Assembly: GCA_003601775.1 (NCBI GenBank)
Contig: PIYN01000002.1
Span: forward strand, 203 to 64,202
Direction: 5' to 3'
DNA: 64,000 nt
From: Candidatus Bathyarchaeota archaeon
GTDB taxonomy: Archaea > Thermoproteota > Bathyarchaeia > TCS64 > PIYN01
The notes beneath the pieces are model-generated. The model had not been told where the DNA came from, ran no database searches, and saw only the letters and a program-made list of their open reading frames with translations. Shown piece by piece: positions 46,762 to 57,100 of the stretch (the stretch's first letter is position 1; every line of letters starts with the position of its first letter). Made by a program: the position numbers and the translations under genes.

Positions 46762-47271
46762 TCATAGCCGGAAGAGGGGGTAGGGTATCTTGTAGTCCGT
46801 CGAGTAGTACTGCCTCGTCCTCTTCCCGAGGCTGATCTCGACGATCTCGGGGAGGACCTTGGTCACAAACTCCCTGCTGGGGGTCCCGAGCCTGATCCCG
46901 GGGCAGTGGGGGTCGAGGTAGATGTAGAGCTCCACGCCCCGATAGTTGTAGTAGGCCTCGCCTCCGCCCGGGTACTTCGGCCTGCTCAGAACCCTGAAGG
47001 GGTAGAGCTTACAGGCGAGGGGTTTCATCGCCTGGAGGGAGCAGAGCCACTTCCCACCCCAATAGCGCTGGAATATACACCGGTCGTTGATACCCCTCTT
47101 CAGGTACACCTTCCCCAGGTCGAACTCCACCGCGCCGTAGCCGAACCTGCTCGCGATCTTCACGTACTCGTCCATCCTGAGGGGGACCCTGAAGCCCTTA
47201 CAGCAGAGGCCACAGGCATCACAGCGCCAGGAGTGGACCTCCCCCCAGGGGATGACCCTGTATCCCTCCAC
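46762..47271 (-). CDS. YkgJ-family Fe-S/zinc-chelating protein (CxxCxxCC)
   Basis: CDACGLCC motif plus further conserved Cys residues. Confidence 0.5.
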   Translation of the reverse strand: MEGYRVIPWGEVHSWRCDACGLCCKGFRVPLRMDEYVKIASRFGYGAVEFDLGKVYLKRGINDRCIFQRYWGGKWLCSLQAMKPLACKLYPFRVLSRPKYPGGGEAYYNYRGVELYIYLDPHCPGIRLGTPSREFVTKVLPEIVEISLGKRTRQYYSTDYKIPYPLFRL

Positions 47272-47379
47272 GTCTCCTCCGCCAAAATAGACGCACCGGA
47301 GATTTAAATTTTTTCTGAAAGAGACCTCTTGAAAAATACTCTTAAATTCATCAACCCATAGTTTTGAGGGGAGTCCCCC

Positions 47380-47910
47380 TTGGAGGAGAGGGGTTTCGTC
47401 GTCTGGTTCACGGGGCTACCGGGATCGGGGAAGACGACTATTGCCAGGAGGGTGGAGAAGGCCCTTAGAGCAATGGGGTGGAGGGTGGAGCTCCTCGACG
47501 GTGATGAGGTGAGGAGGAGACTCGACCCGGAGATCGGGTTCAGCAGGGAGGACCGGGAGATCCATATAAGGAGGGTCGCCTACGTGAGCCACCTCCTTGC
47601 CAGAAATGGGGTGGCGGTCCTCGTCTCCCTCGTCTCCCCCTACATCAGCTCCAGGAAGCGGGCGAGGAAGATCGTCGGGGAGCGCTTCCTGGAGGTCTGG
47701 GTGAAGTGCTCCCTCGAAACCTGTATCAAGAGGGACCCGAAGGGCCTGTACAAACGAGCCCTGGCCGGCGAGATCACGAACATGACGGGGATACAGGACC
47801 CCTACGAGGAACCCCCCAATCCGGACGTTACAGTGGACACGGAGAGGGACGACCCAGAGGAGGGCGCCGAGAAGGTCCTGCAGAAGCTCAGGGAACTCCG
47901 ATTCATCTGA
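47380..47910 (+). CDS. cysC: adenylylsulfate (APS) kinase
   Basis: P-loop FTGLPGSGKTT, an ELLDGDEVRR region, and a 176-aa length typical of CysC. Confidence 0.75.
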   Translation: MEERGFVVWFTGLPGSGKTTIARRVEKALRAMGWRVELLDGDEVRRRLDPEIGFSREDREIHIRRVAYVSHLLARNGVAVLVSLVSPYISSRKRARKIVGERFLEVWVKCSLETCIKRDPKGLYKRALAGEITNMTGIQDPYEEPPNPDVTVDTERDDPEEGAEKVLQKLRELRFI

Positions 47911-47926
47911 AAAGGATGCTCAGGGG

Positions 47927-49405
47927 TCATTCTCCAGGGATTATCGCCAGAAGCTTCTCAGCGAGGGATAGAATAAGGTTGAAGAGGTATGAGAATGGAC
48001 CGAGCTCCGTCAGTATCTCCCTCAGGCTCGCGATATCATTCCTCCCCACGGCCCTCGTCAAGACGATGAGGAGGACATAGAGAAGGAGGAGGAGAAGGCC
48101 TCCCAGGAGGAAGGCTATCACATCCCCCTCCCCCAGCCTGGGAAGGAAGAAGTAGACCAAGACGGCTGAGGCCAGGGTTGCAGCACAGATCCTCAGGGAG
48201 GAGTTGAGGTCTACGGTGAACCCGAAGTCCCTCCTCACCCACCAAGCCCCCACAACTAAGGGGGGGATATTGGCCGTTATCATCGTGATGAGGAGGCCTA
48301 TGATCTGAAATCTTGGGATGAGGTACAGGCTGAGGGGTAGCCCCACGGAGAGGGAGGCCATGTTCAGCGCCATCGTTGCCCGTGTCCTTCCCTGGCCGTT
48401 GAGTAGGTTAGTTATGCTCAGACTACCGAGCCCGAGGAAGACGTAGCTTAGGGCGTAGAGCGTCAAGAAGAGTGGGGCGGACTCATAGCCTCTGCCAAAG
48501 AGGATATGGATGAGGGGCTGGGAGAGGACGACGAGGGCGGCGATGACCGGGAGGGTGACCAGCGCGGTATACTTCACCGAGTTCTGAAAGACTATCCTGA
48601 GGGCCTCCCCCTCCCTCTCCTGGTCGAGTTGGGAGAAGGCGGGGAAGAGGACCGTCGAGATGGGCATCGTCAGGAAGGTGATGAGCACGGAGAAATTCGA
48701 GGCCGCCAGGTAGTTTCCTATCATAGACTCGCTGCAGTGTAGGGCCATGAGGAAGTTGTAGATCTGGGCGAGGGCGCCTGCGAGGAGGGTTGAGATGAAG
48801 AGGGGGTAGCCGTAACTCAGCATGGTCCTAAGGTTTCTGAGGAAGTTCAGGGAGACGCCATCCCCGCGGAAGGGACGCCACAGCGAGAAGTATAACATGA
48901 GGAGCGCTGCCACAGAGGTGAGGAGGAGACTCAACGTTTGCCCGAGGAGGGCGCCCAGAGCCCCGTAGCCTAATAAGACTAAGAAGGGGGAGAGAAGGGT
49001 CTTCATCGAGGACCGCAGGAACATGGTAAGGCTGTAGAACTCCATTCTCTCGAAGCCGATAAAGGAGGCCTGGGAGGCGGTGAGTAGCGAGTTCAGGACG
49101 AGGGTAAATGAGACGATCTTGATGAGTGGGGTCAGATCCGATCTATTGAATACCCGAGTGGCGAGGAAGGGGGCTGAGAGGATGGCTATAAGGGAGAGGA
49201 GGAGGCCGATGAGAAACTTTGCGAGCAGTCCTGTGAATAAGATCCCCCTCGCCTCCCGATCCCTCCCCCTCGACCTATACCGAGCCAGAAATCTTATCAT
49301 GGCCGGCCTGATCCCCCAGTCACCGAATAGAGTCATGATCGATACGGGGACCATCACGACGCCGACGACGCCGTAGTTTATCGAGCCCAGGAATCTGGCA
49401 ACCAA
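47927..49405 (-). CDS. MOP-superfamily polysaccharide/oligosaccharide flippase (Wzx-like)
   Basis: 492 aa and about 12-14 TM helices, consistent with the polysaccharide biosynthesis protein family. Confidence 0.6.
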   Translation of the reverse strand: MVARFLGSINYGVVGVVMVPVSIMTLFGDWGIRPAMIRFLARYRSRGRDREARGILFTGLLAKFLIGLLLSLIAILSAPFLATRVFNRSDLTPLIKIVSFTLVLNSLLTASQASFIGFERMEFYSLTMFLRSSMKTLLSPFLVLLGYGALGALLGQTLSLLLTSVAALLMLYFSLWRPFRGDGVSLNFLRNLRTMLSYGYPLFISTLLAGALAQIYNFLMALHCSESMIGNYLAASNFSVLITFLTMPISTVLFPAFSQLDQEREGEALRIVFQNSVKYTALVTLPVIAALVVLSQPLIHILFGRGYESAPLFLTLYALSYVFLGLGSLSITNLLNGQGRTRATMALNMASLSVGLPLSLYLIPRFQIIGLLITMITANIPPLVVGAWWVRRDFGFTVDLNSSLRICAATLASAVLVYFFLPRLGEGDVIAFLLGGLLLLLLYVLLIVLTRAVGRNDIASLREILTELGPFSYLFNLILSLAEKLLAIIPGE

Positions 49406-49649
49406 TATGGAGCCTATCGCTGCGACCAGATCTGAGAGGACCCTCCCGATGAAGAGGATGAGAGCCCCTCGAGCAGAGCCCTTGGCTAAGCCACTGATCT
49501 TGTCCTTCAGCTCTAAATCCCACCGACGTATATTCTGATCAGGCTACAAATCCCATATATTTTATTATCTCTTGTGTTTTGAGTTGGGAAGAGCAGTGAG
49601 TTACCCTGGAGGAGAGGTCTGATTTAAATACGGAGAGGCAGTTTTATGT

Positions 49650-50738
49650 TTGTTGGTGGTTCCCTTGGGGAAGATCCGAGTGGCCATAGCGGGCCTCGGC
49701 AACTGCGCCTCCGCTCTGATCCAGGGGGTTGAGTTCTACAAGGATCGGGTGGAGGGGAACATCCCGGGGCTCATGCATGTGAACTTCGGCGGGTACTTAG
49801 TGAGGGATATCGAGTTTGTGGCGGCCTTCGAGGTAAATGCCCTGAAGATCGGGAGGGATATCTCGGAGGCCATCTTTGCCGAGCCAAATAGGGTTAGGTT
49901 CGCCGAGGTCCCGCCACTGGGCGTCGAGGTCATGCCTGGGCCTATCTTGGACGGGGTCGCCCCCCACATGAGGTCCTCCTTCAGGGTCTACAATGAGGAA
50001 GAGGTCGAGCCGGTGGATGTGGCGGAGGTCCTCAAGGAGAGTGGGGCTGATATGTTGGTGAACTACCTCCCCGTTGGGAGCCGGGAGGGGACGAGGTACT
50101 ACGCCGAGGCGGCCCTGGAGGCGGGGTGCGCCTTCGTGAACTGCATCCCCGAGTTCATCGCCTCTGATGAAACTTGGGCAAGGAAGTTCGAGGAGAGAAG
50201 GCTGCCCGTGGCCGGGGACGACATCAAGAGCCAGGTCGGCGCCACGATCCTCCACAGGGTCCTGACGGAACTCTTCCTGGATAGGGGGGTGAAGGTGGAG
50301 GCGACCTACCAGCTGAACATCGGGGGGAATACGGACTTCGAGAATATGACGGTGGAGGAGCGGCTGAAGACGAAGAGGATCAGTAAGACCGAGGCCGTGA
50401 AGAGCCTCGTCCCCTACGATGTTCCCACCAGGATCGGCCCCTCAGACTACGTCCCCTTCCTCGGGGACACGAAGATCTGCTACATCAAGCTCCTGGGCAG
50501 GAGCTTCGGGGACCTCCCCATCAAGGTGAACGCGAAGCTCCAGGTGGAGGACTCGCCGAATAGCGCCGGGGTCGTCATCGACGTCATAAGGGGCGTGAAG
50601 CTCGCCCTCGACAGGGGCGTGAGGGGCCCTCTGATCAGCATCTCCTCCTACGCCTTCAAGCACCCACCCGTCCAGGTTCCGGATGATCAGGCGAAGAGAT
50701 GGGTGGAGGACTTCATAAAGGGGGAGAGGGAGAGATAG
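49650..50738 (+). CDS. myo-inositol-1-phosphate synthase (archaeal type)
   Basis: [19 protein letters not shown]-terminal NAD motif, and a 362-aa size typical of archaeal IPS. Confidence 0.75.
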   Translation: MLVVPLGKIRVAIAGLGNCASALIQGVEFYKDRVEGNIPGLMHVNFGGYLVRDIEFVAAFEVNALKIGRDISEAIFAEPNRVRFAEVPPLGVEVMPGPILDGVAPHMRSSFRVYNEEEVEPVDVAEVLKESGADMLVNYLPVGSREGTRYYAEAALEAGCAFVNCIPEFIASDETWARKFEERRLPVAGDDIKSQVGATILHRVLTELFLDRGVKVEATYQLNIGGNTDFENMTVEERLKTKRISKTEAVKSLVPYDVPTRIGPSDYVPFLGDTKICYIKLLGRSFGDLPIKVNAKLQVEDSPNSAGVVIDVIRGVKLALDRGVRGPLISISSYAFKHPPVQVPDDQAKRWVEDFIKGERER

Positions 50739-50739
50739 C

Positions 50740-51672
50740 CTAAAGCTTGACTTTAATATATAGTTTCTGGATGAGCTCCTTGTATCGGTTCCTGATCGTC
50801 ACCTCCGTGACGTGCGCCCCCTTCGCGATCTCGCCCTGCGTCCTCCTCTCATCTGTGAGGAGGCTCGCTATGTAGGTGGCCGCGGCCGCGACACCAGCCG
50901 GACCCCTCCCGCTGGTCAGCTTGAGCTCCGAGGCTATCTTGATGATCTTTATGGCGAGGGACTCGGCGTTTCCCGAGAGGGAGAGCTGGCTGATGAACTT
51001 CGAGACGTAGTTGTTGGGATTCACTGGGAGCACCTTGGTGTTCAGGTTCCTGAGCAGGAACCTGTAGTTCCTCCCCCCCTCCTTCTTCGAGGTGTTACTC
51101 GCCTTCGCGACCTCCTCGAGGGTCCTGATCACGTTGCACTGCCTACAGGCCATGTAGATGGAGGCGGCGGCGACCCCCTGGATCGACCTCCCCCTGATGA
51201 GCCGCTTCCTCACCACCTGCCTGTAGATGACGGAGGCCGTCTCCAGGACGTTCTTGGGCAGGTTGAGCTTGTAGGCCACCTTCGTGAGCTCTGAGAGGGC
51301 GTAAGCTAAGTTCCTCTCCGTCGCCCCTGAGACCTTCGACCTCCTATGCCACTTCCTGAGCCGGTAGATGCGGGCCTTCTGCTTGGGCTTGAGCTTCCTC
51401 CCATAGATGTCTGAGTCGTGCCAGTCGATGACCGTCGAGAGACCCTTGTCGTGGATCGTCCAGGTCAGTGGTGCCCCGACCCGGGTCCGCTTCTCCCTTT
51501 GTTCCTCGTCGAAGGCCCTCCACTCGGGCCCTGTGTCGAAGAGGATCGTGGAGATGACGTAGCCGCATCTCTCACATACGATCTCCCCAGCTTCATAATC
51601 CCTGATGAGGTCGGTGCTCCCACACTCCGGGCAGACCATCGCCCGGGACCTCTTCTTCTCCACTTCATTCAT
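50740..51672 (-). CDS. tfb: transcription initiation factor IIB (TFB), paralog 1
   Basis: Zinc ribbon (CPECGS...CERCG), a B-reader region (GPEWRAFD), and two cyclin-fold repeats. Confidence 0.85.
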   Translation of the reverse strand: MNEVEKKRSRAMVCPECGSTDLIRDYEAGEIVCERCGYVISTILFDTGPEWRAFDEEQREKRTRVGAPLTWTIHDKGLSTVIDWHDSDIYGRKLKPKQKARIYRLRKWHRRSKVSGATERNLAYALSELTKVAYKLNLPKNVLETASVIYRQVVRKRLIRGRSIQGVAAASIYMACRQCNVIRTLEEVAKASNTSKKEGGRNYRFLLRNLNTKVLPVNPNNYVSKFISQLSLSGNAESLAIKIIKIASELKLTSGRGPAGVAAAATYIASLLTDERRTQGEIAKGAHVTEVTIRNRYKELIQKLYIKVKL

Positions 51673-51935
51673 TTCCCCAACCTCTTATTGGCCTTCACGT
51701 AGAGGGGTTTTCCCACATATCGCTCAGGGTTCTCAACTGTTGGGTGCACCGAGATGAAGGGAGACGCGACGGGTCCGAAGAGGTCGAAGACCCTCCCGAT
51801 CTTCCTCTTCTTCCAGTCATAAACAGGTTCGCCGATCTTGGGTTCCCACTCAGCCTTCAGGATTAGGTTTCCACTGCTAAAAGAGAGGTGTGACACTACA
51901 CCGATTCTCTCAAAACCCTTCATGAAACCCCCCAA
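51669..51935 (-). CDS. gar1: H/ACA ribonucleoprotein complex subunit Gar1
   Basis: About 88 aa with a Gar1 barrel pattern (GNLILKAEW...[19 protein letters not shown]). Its stop overlaps the tfb start. The gar1-tfb pairing is a conserved arrangement in archaea. Confidence 0.65.
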   Translation of the reverse strand: MGGFMKGFERIGVVSHLSFSSGNLILKAEWEPKIGEPVYDWKKRKIGRVFDLFGPVASPFISVHPTVENPERYVGKPLYVKANKRLGK

Positions 51936-51965
51936 AGGCTATGACTAAGAACGCATTCACACTTA

Positions 51966-52274
51966 TTAATGTTTTTCAATCTTCCCCTTCGAGGACCTAT
52001 TTTCACGCATCTTCTCCGCAACAAGTCTCAATATAAGAGATTTATTACGCCCCCACTCCACGAGGACGACCCCCGACCTCCTCCAGGGCTGGGAGGGATG
52101 AGCGGCTATCGGCCTCACCTCGGGGTGGAGCCCCAGGTCCTCCGCGGCCCTTAAGACTTCCTCAAGTTTTACACCCCTCAGGGCCAGCTTCCTTGCCACT
52201 CTTCGTCCTCCTCGACGGGAGAGTGAGGCCTCAAAATACAGTGGCCAGAGGTAGAGCTTCCCCCTCCGCCTCAT
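51966..52274 (-). CDS. srp19: signal recognition particle 19 kDa protein
   Basis: LYLWPLYFEASLSRRGGRRVARKLA matches the SRP19 signature (WPxYxD..S...GRRV). Confidence 0.7.
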   Translation of the reverse strand: MRRRGKLYLWPLYFEASLSRRGGRRVARKLALRGVKLEEVLRAAEDLGLHPEVRPIAAHPSQPWRRSGVVLVEWGRNKSLILRLVAEKMRENRSSKGKIEKH

Positions 52275-52306
52275 CGAGGCACCCCATCATACTGGAGAAA
52301 CTGTAC

Positions 52307-52696
52307 TCACTCTTCAGGTAGGAGGACGGCGTTTATCACGCCGTTCTGACCCGGCCTCGAGACGACCTTGGCGGTGCCCAGTTCGGTCCTTATTATCGCC
52401 CCCCTCGTCAGGATCCTCCTCCTATTATAGTCCATGTTCGCGGGGTTCCTGATGACATCGAGTATCTCAACCTTCACGGTCTTCCCGGTCCTCGGGTCCG
52501 AGATGTTGGCGTACTTGGCGGCCATGAGCTTCACCTTCCGCCCGCCACCCCTCACCCGGACGACTTTCCGCTCCTCCCCTTCCCCGAGCACCGTCTCAAC
52601 AGGGTAGCGCCCCCTCTCGAACTTCCTCTTCTTCCTATAGGGCTTAGTCCTCCCGCCCGTCCTCTTCCTCTTATGGAGGTCACCGTGCCAGACCAT
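52307..52696 (-). CDS. rps8e: 30S ribosomal protein S8e
   Basis: MVWHGDLHKRKRTGGRTKPYRKKRKFE start typical of S8e. Confidence 0.8.
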   Translation of the reverse strand: MVWHGDLHKRKRTGGRTKPYRKKRKFERGRYPVETVLGEGEERKVVRVRGGGRKVKLMAAKYANISDPRTGKTVKVEILDVIRNPANMDYNRRRILTRGAIIRTELGTAKVVSRPGQNGVINAVLLPEE

Positions 52697-52773
52697 TGAA
52701 CCCCCTCGGCTGTAGGTTTTCTACAGTGTCGACCTATATGAGGCTTTCGAGGGAGACGGGTATTAAGAAGGAA

Positions 52774-53463
52774 TCAGGAGTCGTCGAAGTCCTGGGGAAG
52801 CAGGGTCTTCTCTACGGGCTTGTCCCAGGACCCGGTTAGGACGGACGCCTTCTTGCCGAGAAGAGGCTTGTGTCTCTTCTGCCCGTTGCCGTTGTTCTTC
52901 AGGTTCTCGATCTTCTGGATCTTCAGCTGCTCAAAGAGCCTCCTCAGTTGGACCTTCACCCTGTGGGGGTTATGGCTGAAGCCGAAGTAGTCGGCGAAGT
53001 AGGGGGTGGTCCTGATTATCGTCCCCTTCCCGTTCACCCGTTCCCTCGTTATCAGCCCCATCTCCTCCAGCCTCTTGAGGTGTGAGTAGACGTGCCTCCC
53101 ACGGGCCTCTATCACCTTCCCCTGCTCGATGGGCTGGTAGTAGGCTATGAAGGACAGGGTCTTCAGGGGTCCCCTGCTCAGCAGCGGCTTATTCGCCAGT
53201 CTCCTCACCTTCTCTGTGTAGGTCGGCCTCAGCTGCAGGACGAAGCGGGAGCCCGGGAGCTCCTTGATCTCCAGGGCGCTCCCCTCCTCCTCGTACCGCC
53301 TGGCCAGTCCCCCTATGAGCCTCAGCACGACGTTCTCCGACCTGGTCCCAGCTATCCTGGCCAAGGTCTTCAGCTCTAAGGGGCGGCCCGCCGCGTAGAG
53401 AGCCGCCTCTATCAGAGCCATCCTCCTCGCGTCTCTATTCATCTCATCTTTCCTCATCTTCAT
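52774..53463 (-). CDS. scpB: segregation and condensation protein B
   Basis: Tandem winged helices. LIEAALYAAGRPLELKTLARI matches the ScpB N-terminus. Confidence 0.65.
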   Translation of the reverse strand: MKMRKDEMNRDARRMALIEAALYAAGRPLELKTLARIAGTRSENVVLRLIGGLARRYEEEGSALEIKELPGSRFVLQLRPTYTEKVRRLANKPLLSRGPLKTLSFIAYYQPIEQGKVIEARGRHVYSHLKRLEEMGLITRERVNGKGTIIRTTPYFADYFGFSHNPHRVKVQLRRLFEQLKIQKIENLKNNGNGQKRHKPLLGKKASVLTGSWDKPVEKTLLPQDFDDS

Positions 53464-54112
53464 CCACCTCCAATCTGACTATGATATCCGATTCCCCCTC
53501 CTGCAGGAGGTCTATCTCCCCCCTCTGGGCGAGGAAGAGCAGGAGGAGGAAGGTCCTGATATACTGAAGCCTGTCGCTCCCTTCCACCAACCTCGAGAAG
53601 AGCACCTCCTCGCCGCGCAGGGACATATCTCGGATCCTCTCCAGGAGCTCCTCGGCCTTCTCCTTGATCTCGACGAGCCACTGGTCTATCTTTGGAAGAT
53701 CATAGATGGGCTCCGGTAGGATGGGGGGCTTGGGCTTAGTTGACGCCGTCTCACCCTCCATCAGCGCCCTCTCAAGGGCCGAGATGAGGTCCTTGAGGGT
53801 GGTGGAGGGGAGCTCGAACCTCAAGGGGAGGGTTATGGGCGGAGGGAGGTAGAACTCCGCCTTCTCCTTCCTCTTCTGGGGTGGCTCCTCGAGCTTTAGG
53901 AGGAGCTCCGCCTTCTTCAGGTAGAGGAGCCCGGAGGAGTAGACGGCTGTCCCAGCGAGCCTGAAGTCGATCCCGGCCTTGTACATCTCCTCCAGGAGGG
54001 ACATGAGGAGGTAGGCGAGGTCTATGCTCCAGGGGTTGACGTTCTCCAGCTTGGTGATCTTGAAGAGGACGTCCCAGGGCGGGCGGAGGTAGTAGGGCTT
54101 CTCGGCCGTCAC
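53444..54112 (-). CDS. scpA: segregation and condensation protein A (kleisin)
   Basis: About 222-aa helical protein placed between smc and scpB, with overlapping starts and stops. It has a kleisin-like N-terminus. Confidence 0.55.
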   Translation of the reverse strand: MTAEKPYYLRPPWDVLFKITKLENVNPWSIDLAYLLMSLLEEMYKAGIDFRLAGTAVYSSGLLYLKKAELLLKLEEPPQKRKEKAEFYLPPPITLPLRFELPSTTLKDLISALERALMEGETASTKPKPPILPEPIYDLPKIDQWLVEIKEKAEELLERIRDMSLRGEEVLFSRLVEGSDRLQYIRTFLLLLFLAQRGEIDLLQEGESDIIVRLEVDEDEER

Positions 54113-57100
54113 GTCACCACCTCCAACCTCGGCAGCGTGACGACCCTGGACCTCCCCCCTCTGCTGAAGCAGCCGTAGACCCGCTCGGCCCTGTTTATCA
54201 TCGCGTCCTTGAGGGTTATGACGATGAACTGGGCCTCAGCGGAGTTCTCCCTGAGGACCTCCGCCAGCCGGTCCGTGTTGAGGTCGTCCAGGTGAGCGTC
54301 TATCTCGTCGAAGAGGTAGAAGGGGGCCTTGAGGAACTTCTGTATCGCGAGGAGGTAGGCTATGGCCGCGACCGACCTCTCCCCCCCGCTCGCCCCACTC
54401 GCCAGCCGCATCGGCTTCCCCGGGAACTGTACGTAGAGGTCTATCCCAGCGGAGAAGGGGTCCTGGGGGTTCTGGAACTCGAGACGCCCCTCCCCACCGC
54501 CGGTCAGTTTTGAGAAGAACTCGGTGAAGTTCTCACAGATCTCGTTGAAGGACTTCATGAAATGTCTCAGTTTCTCCTCCTCTATCTCCTCTATAAACTT
54601 CAGTATGGACGCCTTCTCCTCCTCCAGCTCGTTGATCCTGATGGAGAGCTGCTTGTAGTTCCTCATCTGCTCGTCGTACTGCTCCACGGCGAGCTGGTTG
54701 ATGGCCCCTATCCTCTCGATCTCTGAGCGGACCGCCCTCAGCGCCCTCTCGAACCCCTTGATCTCGTCCTCCCCTGTGGGGATCGGCTCGGCTTGTCCCA
54801 GCTCCCTCAGACCCTTCATGAGCTGCTCCACGTGTAGCCTCCTCCTCTCCACCTCCAGTGAGAGCTCCATCCTCTCCTGCTCCAGGGCGCCCATACGCCT
54901 CTCAATCTTCTCGATCTCGGCTTCGATCCCCTTGATCTTCTCTTGGTGAAGACGCATGACCCTGCTCGTGGACTCCACCGCCTCGGTGAGCGCGCTCCTC
55001 TCCTCCTCAAGCTCCCTCAGGATCTTCTCAGCCTCCTCGAGCTCGCCCCTGACCTTTACGTTCTCCTCCTCAAGGGCCTTCAGGGAGTCGGCCGCCGAGA
55101 GGAGCCTCTTCTCCAGATCCGAGATCTTAGGTTTGATGAGGCTCTCGAGCCTCCCCCTGGCCATCAGCCTCTCCCTCTCCAGCTCTCCCCTCTCCTTCCT
55201 CAGCGCCTCGAGTTCCTTATCCAGCTGAGCCGCTTGAACCTCCAGGCTCGCCACGTCGGAGGGCTTCCTCCCTGAGAGCTTGGAGATCTCCCCCTTGAGG
55301 CGTTCCATCTCCTTTAGGGTCCTCTCCTTCCTCTCCCTTAGCGAGGCGATCAGGCCTTCCTCCCTCTTGATCTCCCTGAGGGTCTCCTTCACCTTCCTCT
55401 CAATGAGTCCCCTGTTCCTCTCAGCCCGCCTTATGCTCTCTGCGATCTGCTCGATGTTGCTCTCCAGGTTCTCGATGTGCTTCCTCGAGTCTTCGATGTA
55501 GCTGGAGACTTTTCTCAAGTCCCCTCCGGAGAGCTTTAGGTCCCTCATCTTCTTATTCAGGACTCTCTTCAGGGCCTTGATGGTCTTGGAGAGCTTGACC
55601 ACCGACTCCTTGCTGGGTATGATCTTCGAGATCCCAAGGATGGACCGGTAGTGTCCGCCCATCATCCCCCCCTCGGGCTCGTAGACGTCGCCCGACGGCG
55701 TCACCGCCCTGTAGCCCTGGCTCGAGACCCTGATGGCTGCCTCAACGTTCTTGACGAGGAGGGTATCCCCCCATACGAGGTTGACCAGGGAGGAGAACTT
55801 CTCCCTGCACCTCACCAGCGACGGGATGGGGGCGACGAGTCCCTCGTCGGTGGCGCCCTCCCTGACCCCGACGGGTCTGACCTCCTGGAGGGGGAGGATC
55901 CTCACCATCCCCATCTCCGACTTCTTCAGGCTCTTGATGCAACGGAGCGCCGATGAGAGGTCCTCGACGACCACCGCGTTTATCCATCCATCGGAGGAGG
56001 CCTCCACCGCCCTCCTGTATTTCTGTGGAACCTTAATGAGGTCCCTCAGTATACCATGGTATCCGGGTATCGCCCCGGACTTGCCCATCTCCTCGATGCG
56101 CTGCAGGGCCTTCTCCTCGGTCGCGATCCTCTCCCAGAGATCCCTCTTGGCGGTGAATTCGATTATCGCGTTCTCCACCTTGGAGACGAGGTCGCTGGCC
56201 TCCTCAGCCCTCCTCCTCAGGCTCTTCTGCCTCTCCACGCGTTGCTCCAAATCCCTCAGGAAGTCCTCCAGTTTCTTCTCTTCCGCCCTCTTCAGCTCCT
56301 CAAACTCTCTCAGGTTCTTCTTCAGGTTCTCGATGCGTTTATCAGACTCGCTCATCTTCTCGTTAAGGCCCTTGAGCCTCTCCCTCAGGGTCTCCAGGGC
56401 AAGGAGGTGCCTATTGATCTCGATCTCCAAGCCCTCGAGGCTCTCCCTGATGGGGCCGAGCCTCTCCTCCAGCTCCTCGATCCTCCTCTGTCCCCTCTCG
56501 ACCTCCTCTCTCAGCTGGGAGATGCGCTCGGAGAGTCCGAGGCGGAGCGATTCCTTCTCCTCGATCTCACCCTCGAGGGAGGAGATCTCCCCGCTCAAGG
56601 TCTTGATCTTCCTCTCGACCTCCTCCCCTTCCCTTCTCAGTCGCTCCAGCTCCTCCCTCCATTCTTTCATGCTCCTCAGAAGGATGCCTCTCCTCCGCTC
56701 GATCTCCTCAGCCCTCTTCCTCAGGGCGCCTATGATCTCCCTCTGCCTGACCACCTCAGAGTTGATCAGCGGGAGCCTCGTATTGCCCTTCTCAGCGGCC
56801 TCTTGGCTGAACCTCTCCAGGGCCTCCTTGGCCTCCGCCCTCTCAGAGAGGAGCCTCCCCCGCTCCGCCTCCAGACGACGCAGCTCCTCCTCCTTCGCCT
56901 TTATCCTCTGGTTCAGCCTCTCTATCTCAGCCTCGACTCTGAGCACCTCATAGGAGAGCTGCCTGGCTTTGAGCCGCCTCTCTTCCTCCTTAAGGAACTG
57001 GTATCTCAGGGCGTCGTTCCTCTCCCTCTCCAGGGAGATGAGCCTCTTCCTCACCTCATCGATACGGGCGGCGGCGACCTCGACCTTCCTCTCAGCCTCC

